The notes under the pieces are model-generated. The model ran no database searches. It saw nothing but the letters and a program-made list of their open reading frames with translations, and had not been told where the DNA came from. Both the position numbers and the translations under genes were made by a program. Positions 9,595 to 18,626 of a stretch of DNA of 64,000 nt are shown here, one piece after another (positions within the stretch are counted from its first letter, which is position 1; each line of letters begins with the position of its first letter). Source of the DNA: an uncultured Candidatus Bathyarchaeia archaeon (lineage in GTDB: Archaea > Thermoproteota > Bathyarchaeia > Hecatellales > Hecatellaceae); NCBI GenBank assembly GCA_964569845.1, contig CAZMUQ010000001.1, positions 70,664 to 134,663 on the forward strand, given 5' to 3'.

Positions 9595-10746
9595 CTATAA
9601 CTTCCCTATTATTGCTCTTGCAATAGTATTTTTTTGAATTTCTCTTGTTCCCTCATAGATTTCAGTTATTTTTGCATCTCTGTAAATTCTTTCAACATCG
9701 TATTCTCCTATATATCCGTAACCACCAAATATTTGCACAGCTTCATCTGCAACCTCAACAGCAACTCTTCCAGCATAAGCTTTAGCCATTGAGGTTAAAC
9801 AGGGATCTATTCTTCCCTGATCAAAATTCCATGCTGCTTTATACACCAAAAGTTTTGCTGTTTCAATTTTTATTGCCATATCCGCAATTTTGTGTTGAAT
9901 AACTTGAAATTCAGCAATTTTTTGTCCAAATTGCTCTCTTTGCTTAGCATAATTAACTGCACGTTCTAAAGCACCTTCAGCAATACCAAGAGCTTGAGCA
10001 GCAATCTCTATTCTACTTTCATCAAAGAACTCTAATGTATGATAAAATCCTCTATTTTCTTGGCCTACAAGTTTCTCTTTTGAAATTCTGACATTGCTAA
10101 AGGATATTTCTCCTGTTAGTGAAGGTCGAATACCCATCTTCCCCCCAATTTTTGTGATATCCACACCATTAGCATCTTTATCAACAATAAAGAGGCTCTG
10201 ACCTCTGTATGGTGGTTTGGCTTCAAGATTAGTTTGGCATAAAACAATAAAAAAGCTTGCAATAGGAGCATTTGTTATAAGAGTTTTTGTACCATTAATA
10301 ATCCAATAATCTCCTTCTTTTGAGGCTTTTGTAGACATAAAGGTAATATCACTACCATGCTCAGGTTCAGTAAAAGCACCTGCAGAAATAGCTTCTCCCT
10401 TACATATTTTGGGAAGATATTCCTCCTTTTGCTCTTTACTTCCAAATCTTAAAATTATTTCAGATGCAAAATCTGATAAAATTAATGCTGTTCCAAGTGT
10501 AGAATCAACCTTACAAAATTCTTCAACAACTAAAGCATTCTCAAAAATGCCAAGTCCTTGACCACCATACTCCTCAGGAAAATGTACCCCTATAAACCCT
10601 AATTTACATGCCTTTCTCCACAACTCAAATGGATATTCTTCTTCTTGCTCAAATTTTCTTGCCAATTCTCCACTAAATTCTTTTTGGGCAAATTCTCTTG
10701 CAGCTTTTTGAATATCTTTTTGAACTTCTGTTAACTCAAAATCCAA
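9595..10746 (-). CDS. acyl-CoA dehydrogenase
   Basis: 383 aa, ACAD family with a catalytic Glu region near the C-terminus (YEGTREIQ). TTG start. Confidence 0.85.
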   Translation of the reverse strand: MDFELTEVQKDIQKAAREFAQKEFSGELARKFEQEEEYPFELWRKACKLGFIGVHFPEEYGGQGLGIFENALVVEEFCKVDSTLGTALILSDFASEIILRFGSKEQKEEYLPKICKGEAISAGAFTEPEHGSDITFMSTKASKEGDYWIINGTKTLITNAPIASFFIVLCQTNLEAKPPYRGQSLFIVDKDANGVDITKIGGKMGIRPSLTGEISFSNVRISKEKLVGQENRGFYHTLEFFDESRIEIAAQALGIAEGALERAVNYAKQREQFGQKIAEFQVIQHKIADMAIKIETAKLLVYKAAWNFDQGRIDPCLTSMAKAYAGRVAVEVADEAVQIFGGYGYIGEYDVERIYRDAKITEIYEGTREIQKNTIARAIIGKL

Positions 10747-10855
10747 AAGCTCACACCAAACATTAAATCACAAAAAACTAAAATATATCCTTAGCGTTAT
10801 CAAAAAAGGAAAACTTAAACCTTAAGACTATCTCTTACCCAATAGTAAGAGGAGA

Positions 10856-10949
10856 AGCCCGGTGGTGTAGCGGTCAAGCATGGCAGGCTCTGGTTATTTA
10901 AACTAGGAGAAACCTGCCGACGGGAGTTCGAATCTCCCCCGGGCTACCA
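10856..10949 (+). tRNA. tRNA-Gln (anticodon CUG) with an ~18-nt intron at the canonical 37/38 position; CCA encoded
   Basis: Hand-folded cloverleaf. The acceptor stem is AGCCCGG/CCGGGCU with an A1-U72 pair typical of archaeal tRNA-Gln. The anticodon stem is GCAGG/CCUGC with loop CUCUGG, interrupted by TTATTTAAACTAGGAGAA. T-arm GGGAG-TTCGAAT-CTCCC, discriminator A, then CCA. Confidence 0.7.
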
Positions 10950-10956
10950 CCCCTTC

Positions 10957-10970
10957 TCCAAAAAATTGTA
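10957..10970. promoter_or_regulatory. dyad motif TCCAAAAAATTGtA (imperfect copy of TCCAA-N4-TTGGA) immediately 3' of tRNA-Gln and 35 bp upstream of the Thg1-like gene
   Basis: Shares 13 of 14 nt with the motif copies at 14667 and 19066. Confidence 0.35.
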
Positions 10971-11004
10971 GAGTTATGATAGTGCAACCTCCAGGGTTCA
11001 AGCT

Positions 11005-11595
11005 ATGTTTGGCTATGATTGGTCTTATTGGCTTAAGAGTTTTGAGGAAAAAATTGAAATTCCTGTGGTTATTCGTTTAGATGGAAAGGATTTTCATAAC
11101 ATTTACAATTATTGTAAAAATTTCGATAAGTTTCTCGGTAGGATCATGCTTAAAGCTACTAAGGAGCTTATGCTTAAAACAGAATTTAAAGCTCAACTAG
11201 CTTACATAATTTTTGATGAAGTTAATTTTCTTTTCACAAGGAAAAATCCTTTACCTTATAATGGTAAGGCTAGAAAAATTTTAACACTTTTAGCTTCATA
11301 CTTAACTTCAATTTTTCAAAAAAACTTAGAAAAATATTGTCAATATAGTAAACCACTTGGTTTTGAAGCAATGATAATAGGTGGTAATGCGCCGGTAAAT
11401 TATATTTTGGAGTATTTTAAGTGGAGATGTTTCCATACTCTTCAAAAAGCAAAAATTTTGAAGGTTAAAAGTAAATGGCGAAAATATGGTGTAACACTTT
11501 ATTTTGAACGGGCAAGCAATCTTCTGGTAAAAAAATACATAGATTTTACATCTGAAGAAGGGGAAGTGTTGATTAAAAGAATTTTATCGGTTTAA
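11005..11595 (+). CDS. tRNA(His) guanylyltransferase Thg1-like protein (3'-5' nucleotidyltransferase family)
   Basis: VVIRLDGKDFHNI matches the Thg1 motif VVVRLDGRNFHRF, and AYIIFDEVNFLF matches the catalytic SDEYSF region. At 196 aa it is shorter than eukaryotic Thg1. Confidence 0.6.
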   Translation: MFGYDWSYWLKSFEEKIEIPVVIRLDGKDFHNIYNYCKNFDKFLGRIMLKATKELMLKTEFKAQLAYIIFDEVNFLFTRKNPLPYNGKARKILTLLASYLTSIFQKNLEKYCQYSKPLGFEAMIIGGNAPVNYILEYFKWRCFHTLQKAKILKVKSKWRKYGVTLYFERASNLLVKKYIDFTSEEGEVLIKRILSV

Positions 11596-11780
11596 ATTTA
11601 TTTACTATTAGTCTAAGGTGTAGAGAAATTGCTTATCTAGGCTATACTTTAAGTAATAATTGTACACTTTTTTGTTTAAAAATAGAGAAAAACTTTAACT
11701 TTTAATTTATTCTCCTAGAAAGTTACGCATAATAATGCTAAAAATAAGATTCTTTTTATTAAAATTTTAAATGTTTATTG

Positions 11781-13317
11781 TTAACTATTTTTAGATTGTT
11801 CTGAAGATAATAATACATTTATTGCACTCAATACTGCTTCAACACTAGCCATAACAATATCTTCATGAACACCTAATGCTGTAACTGATTTTTCTCCTTT
11901 CCTTACTCTTACTACAACTTCAACTACAGCATCTGTTCCTCCTGTAATTGCTTTTACATGGTAATTTTCAAGGATTATATCAGCTATTATTGATACAGCC
12001 TTCTTTATAGCACTTATTGCTGCATCAACAGGTCCAACTCCAACACCTGCTTCAATAAATTCTTTACCATTAACTTCAAGTGCAACAGAAGCCATAGGAG
12101 TAATATTGTTTCCTGTTGTTACTGTAAGATTTTTAAGCTTAATTGGTCGTATTTGCGGAAGACCCATTACTGCTTCAGCTATGGCTTGAAGGTCGCTGTA
12201 AGTTACTGTTTTACCTTTGTCACCAATACTTTTAACCCTCATGAAAATTTCATTTAATTGTTCCTCCGATGGATGAATATTTAATTCTTCTTCAAGAATG
12301 GTTTTCACACTAAACATTCCAGCATGCTTACCTATCATAAGTTTTCTTCTAACACCCACAATCTCGGGTTGAATAGGTTCATAGGTAGATGGGTTAGCTA
12401 GGATAGCCTTAGCATGAATACCTGATTCATGGGTAAAAGCATTTTCACCTGTTATAGGCTTATTTGGCTGAACCGGAACACCAGTTAAACGTGAAACCGT
12501 TGTGGAAAGCTCATATAACTTGTTAGTTTTTATATTAACTTTAAACCTGTAAAGACTTGTAAGAGCCATTACAACTTCTTCTAATGCTGCATTTCCAGCT
12601 CTCTCACCCAAACCATTAACAGTTACATGTGCATATTGTGCCCCAGCCATAATAGCCATAATGGTATTTGCTGTAGCTAAACCAAAATCATTATGGCAAT
12701 GTATGCTAATGGGTTTACTGATGCTTTTACATAAAGTATCTATAAGATTATAACATTTTTCAGGAGTTAAAACACCGACAGTATCACATAAACAAATTCT
12801 ATCAGCTCCACCTGCAACGCCTGTTAAAAAGAAGCTTTTAAGAAATTCAACTTCTGCTCTTGAACCATCTTCAGCTGATAGTTCAACAATTAGTCCATGC
12901 TTTTTTGCATAATTAACACATTCATAGGTTAAGTTTAAAACTTCATCCATTGTTTTCCTAAGCTTATATTGAATTTGAATTTTTGATACTGGAACAACAA
13001 TATGAACTCCACAAACTTCGCTTTCAATAACTTTATCTATATCTCCAATATTTGCTCTAGCCATGCTAAAAATCTCAGCATTAAATCCGCTTTGAGCCAT
13101 AATTTTTAGGGCTTCAAAATCTCCCCTAGAAACACTAGCAAATCCCCCTTCAATAATATCAACACCAGCTTCATCTAAAAGCTTAGCAATTCTAAGCTTT
13201 TTTTCAGGTGAAAGAGAGATTCCTGGTGTTTGTTCTCCATCTCTTAGAGTTGTGTCAAAAATTTTAACTGTACGTGGTTTGGCTTCTTCCTTACCTTTAA
13301 ATAAAATAACACCCCAT
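11781..13317 (-). CDS. 2-isopropylmalate synthase / (R)-citramalate synthase family (LeuA/CimA) with regulatory C-terminal domain; 5' end disrupted by a frameshift or non-canonical start
   Basis: DRE-TIM core ([19 protein letters not shown]) plus a LeuA-type C-terminal domain. The conserved [17 protein letters not shown]-terminal motif lies upstream of the tracked ATG (13100) in the same frame. That frame has no ATG/GTG/TTG before an upstream TGA. An ATG at 13317 in another frame would join it if one T were removed from the T-run near 13303-13309. Confidence 0.7.
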
Positions 13318-13382
13318 AATCCTCTCCCTCAACCAACAAGTCTTATAGTAAAGATAGATTCAACTATAAAAGATTTTTGAAG

Positions 13383-14444
13383 TTAAAGTAGTTCTATGCT
13401 TACATATATTGTTTTTGAGGGAATTGTAATGTATTTTTCAATATTTTTTGAAATCCAAACTCTTCTAATAGCATCAGGATACCACTTACTATATGCTCCT
13501 CCATAAGGCAACTTATGTCCAAGCATAAAATCCCTCAAATCCTCACTTAATCCTGCTTCCTGCATTCTCATATTCCAATACCTCCTAAAAATATGTGGAT
13601 GAATTTCATATCTTTTTTCTGAAGCTTTTCCTTGAAGCCCTGCTTTTAAGGCAGCCTTATTAACTATTTCACGTATAGCTGCTGTTGTTAGTGGCATACC
13701 TCTTTCATTTTTTGATGCCCTAATAGGCCTTTTTTTTCCGTTTTTTTCCACTTTAACTTTTGAATAACTTCTAAAGAGCCAGCTATTCTTATCAAGAGTT
13801 TCACCATTTTCAATTCTTTCTTTAAGCATCATTTTAAGGCATACAATACTATCATTTCCAACTGCAAATCTGTAACTTTCTCCAAGCTTATTTACATTTA
13901 CACCGTTTATATCTCTTAAAACAGCCGGAACCTCGATTATTAGTGGTGACTCCCCCCTTTCTAATCCTGATTTAACATGTCCATATCTAAGGGCTGTTAA
14001 AACTCCACTACGTTGTCCTGATTGAGCTAAAAAAACTATTACACATTTATCTCGTATGTTACTGCATACATCAACCATTTTTGCAATTTCTTCAGGTGTT
14101 AAAACATGGAAAGACTCGTATTCAACTCTACCCTTAAATCCTCGAGGCGTAGGTCCTAAAAATATGTCATTCCATTTAAAAAAAGATCTTACACAATTAT
14201 AAGAAAGAATAGCAGTCTTAGAGCTAAGACCATGTCTTATCAAAAAATTATAATACTCTTTTAGCTTATTATGGATTTTCAGAGGATTTCTTTTTGCTTC
14301 AGCAATAAGAGTATCGGGATCTTTTCTTATCCAGCTAATAAATTTCCTAAACCTAATAAGATAATTTTTCTTTGTGTTTGGTCTATCAGGGAAATTACTC
14401 ATCCATCTAGCAATAGATTCAAAGTTTAAGAGGTCTTCTTGCAT
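13383..14444 (-). CDS. tyrosine recombinase / phage-type integrase
   Basis: 353 aa with an N-terminal SAM-like core-binding domain. Catalytic boxes: an Arg, HPHIFRRYW (H-x-x-R), LGH, and Tyr in GGAYSKWY. It diverges from the conserved archaeal XerA box-II sequence. Confidence 0.8.
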   Translation of the reverse strand: MQEDLLNFESIARWMSNFPDRPNTKKNYLIRFRKFISWIRKDPDTLIAEAKRNPLKIHNKLKEYYNFLIRHGLSSKTAILSYNCVRSFFKWNDIFLGPTPRGFKGRVEYESFHVLTPEEIAKMVDVCSNIRDKCVIVFLAQSGQRSGVLTALRYGHVKSGLERGESPLIIEVPAVLRDINGVNVNKLGESYRFAVGNDSIVCLKMMLKERIENGETLDKNSWLFRSYSKVKVEKNGKKRPIRASKNERGMPLTTAAIREIVNKAALKAGLQGKASEKRYEIHPHIFRRYWNMRMQEAGLSEDLRDFMLGHKLPYGGAYSKWYPDAIRRVWISKNIEKYITIPSKTIYVSIELL

Positions 14445-14462
14445 AAAAATCTCTTTTTCTTA

Positions 14463-14507
14463 GGTTATATAAAGATTTTTCTTTGTATAACTTAGATTAT
14501 ATAAAGA
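14463..14507 (-). promoter_or_regulatory. duplicated TATA-box elements (TTTATATAA on minus strand) upstream of the integrase gene
   Basis: Two copies of the 12-mer TTATATAAAGAx (+ strand) 33 bp apart. The proximal one is centred about 25 nt upstream of the integrase ATG, consistent with a leaderless archaeal promoter. Confidence 0.4.
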
Positions 14508-14639
14508 AAAGCGTTGAAAAGGTTATTATGGTAATACATTTTTAACGAAAGCAACGGTTTAAAAAAGGGAGGTATCAAAAATGTTAAAATTTATGGGCAT
14601 ATATCCCTTCCTTTTTTAATATTCCTTTAATTTTTTACC

Positions 14640-14680
14640 TCCAATTTTTTGGACCTTTGATAACCCTCCAAAAAATTGGA
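14640..14680. repeat. perfect 14-bp inverted repeat TCCAATTTTTTGGA (14640-14653) / TCCAAAAAATTGGA (14667-14680) with 13-nt spacer
   Basis: Read directly from the sequence. Each arm is itself a TCCAA-N4-TTGGA dyad. It lies between the pdaD stop and the integrase upstream region, and its minus-strand RNA would form a stem flanked by U-runs. Confidence 0.6.
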
Positions 14681-14717
14681 TAGTGTTTTGATTTTTACTT
14701 AAATCAATTAAGAAAAG

Positions 14718-15308
14718 CTAAACTGTCATTCTTTCCTCTCTTATTTGTTGATCTATAATTTCCTGCTCTACCATTTCTTCTTGCTTATTTTCTTCATTCT
14801 CTTTAAGTTCCCATGGGACATATACTAAGGCTACAATAACACTTCCATACTTCCCTTTAGGAACCTGGAAACATTCACTTTTTATACTTATTGAAGATAA
14901 TTCCATTCCCCTAATTTTTGCCATTTCTTGTAGTTTCCATTTAAGTTCTTTTTCTATAGCTTCTTTATCCTTGTATCCGTGTGCCTCTGCTACAATTCCA
15001 TATTCTTTTCCATTTGCATCAACACCCCACCCCCATCCAATACCTGCACCTATTGTTTCACCTGGATTTCCATCCATTCTTGCCATAACACAGAATGTTA
15101 TAGTTCCAGGGGTAATTTCGCATTTCTCAATATATTCAGCACCTTGTGGAAGAATTGAGGAAACGCAAACAAGGTTACACTGAGCAATACCTGCTTTCAT
15201 TAAAGCTGCATCGAATGCATTCAATGGGGAAATATTACTTGTTGCTGAGGCATTTACAATAAAGAATTTTTTTGGAAGGAATATTTTATGGGTTATATTA
15301 TTTACCAA
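14718..15308 (-). CDS. pdaD: pyruvoyl-dependent arginine decarboxylase proenzyme
   Basis: PLNAFDAALMKAGIAQCNLVCVSSILP aligns with M. jannaschii PdaD, including the Ser-Ser self-cleavage site. Confidence 0.85.
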   Translation of the reverse strand: MVNNITHKIFLPKKFFIVNASATSNISPLNAFDAALMKAGIAQCNLVCVSSILPQGAEYIEKCEITPGTITFCVMARMDGNPGETIGAGIGWGWGVDANGKEYGIVAEAHGYKDKEAIEKELKWKLQEMAKIRGMELSSISIKSECFQVPKGKYGSVIVALVYVPWELKENEENKQEEMVEQEIIDQQIREERMTV

Positions 15309-15630
15309 CCTTGACTTTAAACCTCCAATATGTGGGAATTCTTTATTTTATACCAACTTATTAAAACTTTTCTCCTGAAAAAGACTTTTTATACAAGTTC
15401 AATTTAAATTTTACTCTGAAACTTTGGACTCTTTTTTTGAGAGCTCTATTTTTAACAAATATATTTAAAAAATACGCCTATTATAAAGGCATTTTGATAA
15501 AGATTTTTCTATATTTTTTGTAAAAATGCTTAAAACCGCAATTTTCTTATAAATTTTCCCTTTTCGACATTTACATTTAAAAACTTTAGAAAAATTGAGT
15601 TATAGATTTAAAAAAATAAATCAAGTATTT

Positions 15631-16197
15631 TCACCAGGGCTCCTTTTTCTTACCAATTTTATATGCAAGATAGCAACCTACTCTATGAGCTATAAATGTT
15701 GAAATGAGAACAACAAGAATTATGTAGATGTCTATTGTAACTAATTGGAAAAAATTGTTAAATAGGTATGCTAGCAAAAGTGAAAAAGATATGAAATCTA
15801 ATTGGTCTAGAATAGGGATAGGTGCACCTCTTGGTAGCCCTAATCTTCTCTTTATAAATGAACCTAATAAATCTCCAATAACTGCACCAATAGCAATAAA
15901 AAAACCAAACAGAACAAAGTAGTAAATTTTTGCTTGAATATAGAATGAAATAGGAATTTTAAGCTTACTTAGTATCATAAGCTCAATAAGATAACCAAAA
16001 ATTCCAAAAATTGTTCCAAATATAACACCATTAAGAGTTTTTCCTTCACCAAAAATTCTCCTACCATCAATAAAGTTTTTTCCCATGTCTATAGGTCTCC
16101 CTCCACCAAGTAAAAGTGCAAAACCATTTGCCATGTAAGCTGGAACAACTATAAGGAAGATTACAACAAAAAAGTTAACATCTAATTCTCTAAACAT
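15631..16197 (-). CDS. carS: CDP-archaeol synthase (CDP-2,3-bis-O-geranylgeranyl-sn-glycerol synthase)
   Basis: 188-aa polytopic membrane protein of the DUF46/CarS family (ANGFALLLGGGRPIDMGKNFIDGRRIFGEGKTLNG). Confidence 0.8.
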   Translation of the reverse strand: MFRELDVNFFVVIFLIVVPAYMANGFALLLGGGRPIDMGKNFIDGRRIFGEGKTLNGVIFGTIFGIFGYLIELMILSKLKIPISFYIQAKIYYFVLFGFFIAIGAVIGDLLGSFIKRRLGLPRGAPIPILDQLDFISFSLLLAYLFNNFFQLVTIDIYIILVVLISTFIAHRVGCYLAYKIGKKKEPW

Positions 16198-16241
16198 TTC
16201 TATAGATGCAAATTTTTTATTTTACTATTTTTGGGTTTAAA

Positions 16242-17633
16242 TTAAGTTAGGGATAAACCCTCCTTTTTTAGGATACCTTGTGCTGCTATAATCCCTGTGG
16301 CTGCGGCTATCACAATCCCCCTAGAAAGCCCTGCACCATCTCCTGCTACAAACAAGTTTTCTATTGGGGTTTCTAAGTTATTGTTAGTGTAGATTCGATT
16401 TGCTGAAAATTTAACCTCTGGTGCGTAAAGCAAAGTTGAGGTGGAAGCCACGCCAGGTATAACATTGTCTAACTTATACAATCCTTCAATAATATCCGTT
16501 ATAATACGGTGCGGCATAGCCATAGCAATATCTCCAGGTGTTACTGTTTTTAATGTCGGTTTAATATTCCCATTCTCAATTCTTTTCCACGTTGATCTTC
16601 TACCTTTTTCCAGGTCTCCAAGCCTCTGAACTATAGGTCTCCCTCCACCAAGTAAGGTTGTTTGAGTTGCAATTGTACGGCCATAAACTGAAGCATCCTC
16701 TAATGGTTCTGTTAAACCTATTCTTACAAGAAAAGCAAAATTTGTATTCTGAGATTTTAGGCTATTCATACAATGTCCATTTACACCAACAAGATTTTCA
16801 TCATAAACCTCTAAGCATACAAATCCCTTATGGTTTACACAGAAAGTTCGTACAAGGTCATCATATTTTTTTGTATAAATATGGAACTTTGGATCCTTGT
16901 TTATGGAGGTAACAGGCTCCATAACTATTGCTGGAACCTCCACTCTAACACCAATATCTATTGGTTCATGTTTTGTTGGAATTCCAAGCCTTCTTGCTTC
17001 TTCAGCAAGCCAGTTTTGTCCACTTCTTCCAGGAGCAACAATAATATATTTGGACTTTATTTTTTTGCCATTTTCAAGAGTAATAAAACCTTTATCTACA
17101 TGAAGAACGTTTCTTTTTAACAAGAATTCAACATTTTTTGCTTCCAAATCTTCCATAAAATTTTGGAGAAGTCTTGGAGCATTATCTGTCCCTATTTCTC
17201 TTTGTGGTGTTGGGATAAATTTTGCTCCAACCGCGGCAGCTCTTCTTTCTAACTCCTCAGCCTCCTCACTACTAGGCTCATACAATACATTGGGGCAACC
17301 GTATTTTAAGAATACTTCATCTACTCTTTTAATAAGTTTCCAAGCTTTTTCCGGGTTATCTACTAGCTCATAAAGATTTCCACCAATATCAGGCCTAAGA
17401 TTTAATCTTCCACTTGAAAGAGTTCCAGCACCTCCAACACCGCAAAGAACATTACATGGAGAACATCTTGTACATCCACGGTACTCTTGTTCAGGACATA
17501 TACGGTTTAATGGTTTATCTCCCTTATCAACAATTAAAACTTTTAAAGAACTTTTTTCAGCGATTTCTAATGCTGCAAATAATCCTGCAGGGCCAGCTCC
17601 AACTATAACAACATCTGGTGATTCTTCTACCAT
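16242..17633 (-). CDS. FAD-dependent oxidoreductase (COG2509-like uncharacterised FAD-dependent dehydrogenase)
   Basis: N-terminal VVIVGAGPAGLFAA dinucleotide-binding motif, 463 aa. Confidence 0.55.
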   Translation of the reverse strand: MVEESPDVVIVGAGPAGLFAALEIAEKSSLKVLIVDKGDKPLNRICPEQEYRGCTRCSPCNVLCGVGGAGTLSSGRLNLRPDIGGNLYELVDNPEKAWKLIKRVDEVFLKYGCPNVLYEPSSEEAEELERRAAAVGAKFIPTPQREIGTDNAPRLLQNFMEDLEAKNVEFLLKRNVLHVDKGFITLENGKKIKSKYIIVAPGRSGQNWLAEEARRLGIPTKHEPIDIGVRVEVPAIVMEPVTSINKDPKFHIYTKKYDDLVRTFCVNHKGFVCLEVYDENLVGVNGHCMNSLKSQNTNFAFLVRIGLTEPLEDASVYGRTIATQTTLLGGGRPIVQRLGDLEKGRRSTWKRIENGNIKPTLKTVTPGDIAMAMPHRIITDIIEGLYKLDNVIPGVASTSTLLYAPEVKFSANRIYTNNNLETPIENLFVAGDGAGLSRGIVIAAATGIIAAQGILKKEGLSLT

Positions 17634-17716
17634 CTTGAACCATTTTAGATTAAGGGGGAGAGGTTTATATCTTTTATTATCTTAATTTCTAAAGTAAAGT
17701 TTATACGCCTCCGCTT

Positions 17717-18565
17717 TTACCATGAAATTTTTTCTAATTCTTTAAGGGTTCCGAGATAGGTTCCATCCAAAAGAAAAATTTCAGCCTTCTCTAAAAGTAC
17801 CCCGTCAGACCTAACAACGGGTCCTAAAAGCTCGTTTTTGGATTTAACATTAAACGGTATTCCCCCAAGAAGGTCGTTAAAAGCAGGCATAATTACCAAT
17901 TCAGAGCATTTAGCATAAACATTGTATCTTTCAGCTAAAAGTTGTTTAGGAGCCTGATTTTTTCCAGGGGTAATCCCTCTATGCTTTAAAAAAGAGTATA
18001 CTAGTTTCTCAACTTCTACTGGAGCTTTAACCCATATAGATTTAGAAGTTTTAAAGCCGAATGCTCCTCTAAATTGAATTGTTGGATGGTTATGCCCTAT
18101 AACCCACATTTTAGCTTCAAAAAGTTTTGGAGATGGCCATGTATGCCCGTGAAAAAGCCCTATTTTTTCTTTTTTTCCAATGATTACCCCTCTACTAGAA
18201 CTTATAATAGTTTTTGGCGAAGAAAGATAAGAAATCTTTCCATCATGATTTCCAGGAATTATTAGAAGTGTTTCAACATTTTTTTCAAATTCTCTAAGAA
18301 AACTTGAGGTATCTACCCACTCTTTAGATGAAATTTTTGGTATTGTATGTTTTAGGTCTCCAAGAATTATTAACCTGTCAGGCTTAGTTTCTTCAATTAC
18401 CCTAAGCAGCATCTCCTTAAACCTTTCAGTCTGAGAAGGGATGCTTATTCCAGCTTCTACAAGTTCAAGTTCATATCCTAGGTGAATATCACTTAGAATA
18501 ATGTTTTTTTCTTTGCCTTCTTCTACCAGTAAAATAGGCCAAGGGGTATAGGGTTTTACTAGCAA
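17717..18565 (-). CDS. calcineurin-like metallophosphoesterase
   Basis: Motifs SDIHLG, ILGDLKH, IPGNHD and GHNHP (binuclear metal centre). Confidence 0.6.
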   Translation of the reverse strand: MLVKPYTPWPILLVEEGKEKNIILSDIHLGYELELVEAGISIPSQTERFKEMLLRVIEETKPDRLIILGDLKHTIPKISSKEWVDTSSFLREFEKNVETLLIIPGNHDGKISYLSSPKTIISSSRGVIIGKKEKIGLFHGHTWPSPKLFEAKMWVIGHNHPTIQFRGAFGFKTSKSIWVKAPVEVEKLVYSFLKHRGITPGKNQAPKQLLAERYNVYAKCSELVIMPAFNDLLGGIPFNVKSKNELLGPVVRSDGVLLEKAEIFLLDGTYLGTLKELEKISW

Positions 18566-18626
18566 AATGCATACCCAGTAAAAATATTTCTAAATTAGCT
18601 TATTAACAGTTATTTTAGGTAAGAAG

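Noticed and set aside
14575-14630. 12-codon mini-ORF (MLKFMGIYPFLF) preceded by a strong GGGAGGT Shine-Dalgarno-like box
   Set aside because: It is too short and lacks any support. The GGGAGG...CCTTCCTTTTTT pairing is better explained as a terminator-type hairpin with a T-run in the pdaD/integrase spacer.
15309-15630. 322-bp AT-rich spacer between pdaD and carS examined for an ncRNA or small gene
   Set aside because: It contains only low-complexity A/T runs and an 8-bp palindrome (AGAGCTCT). There is no stem-rich structure and no ORF over 30 codons with protein-like composition.
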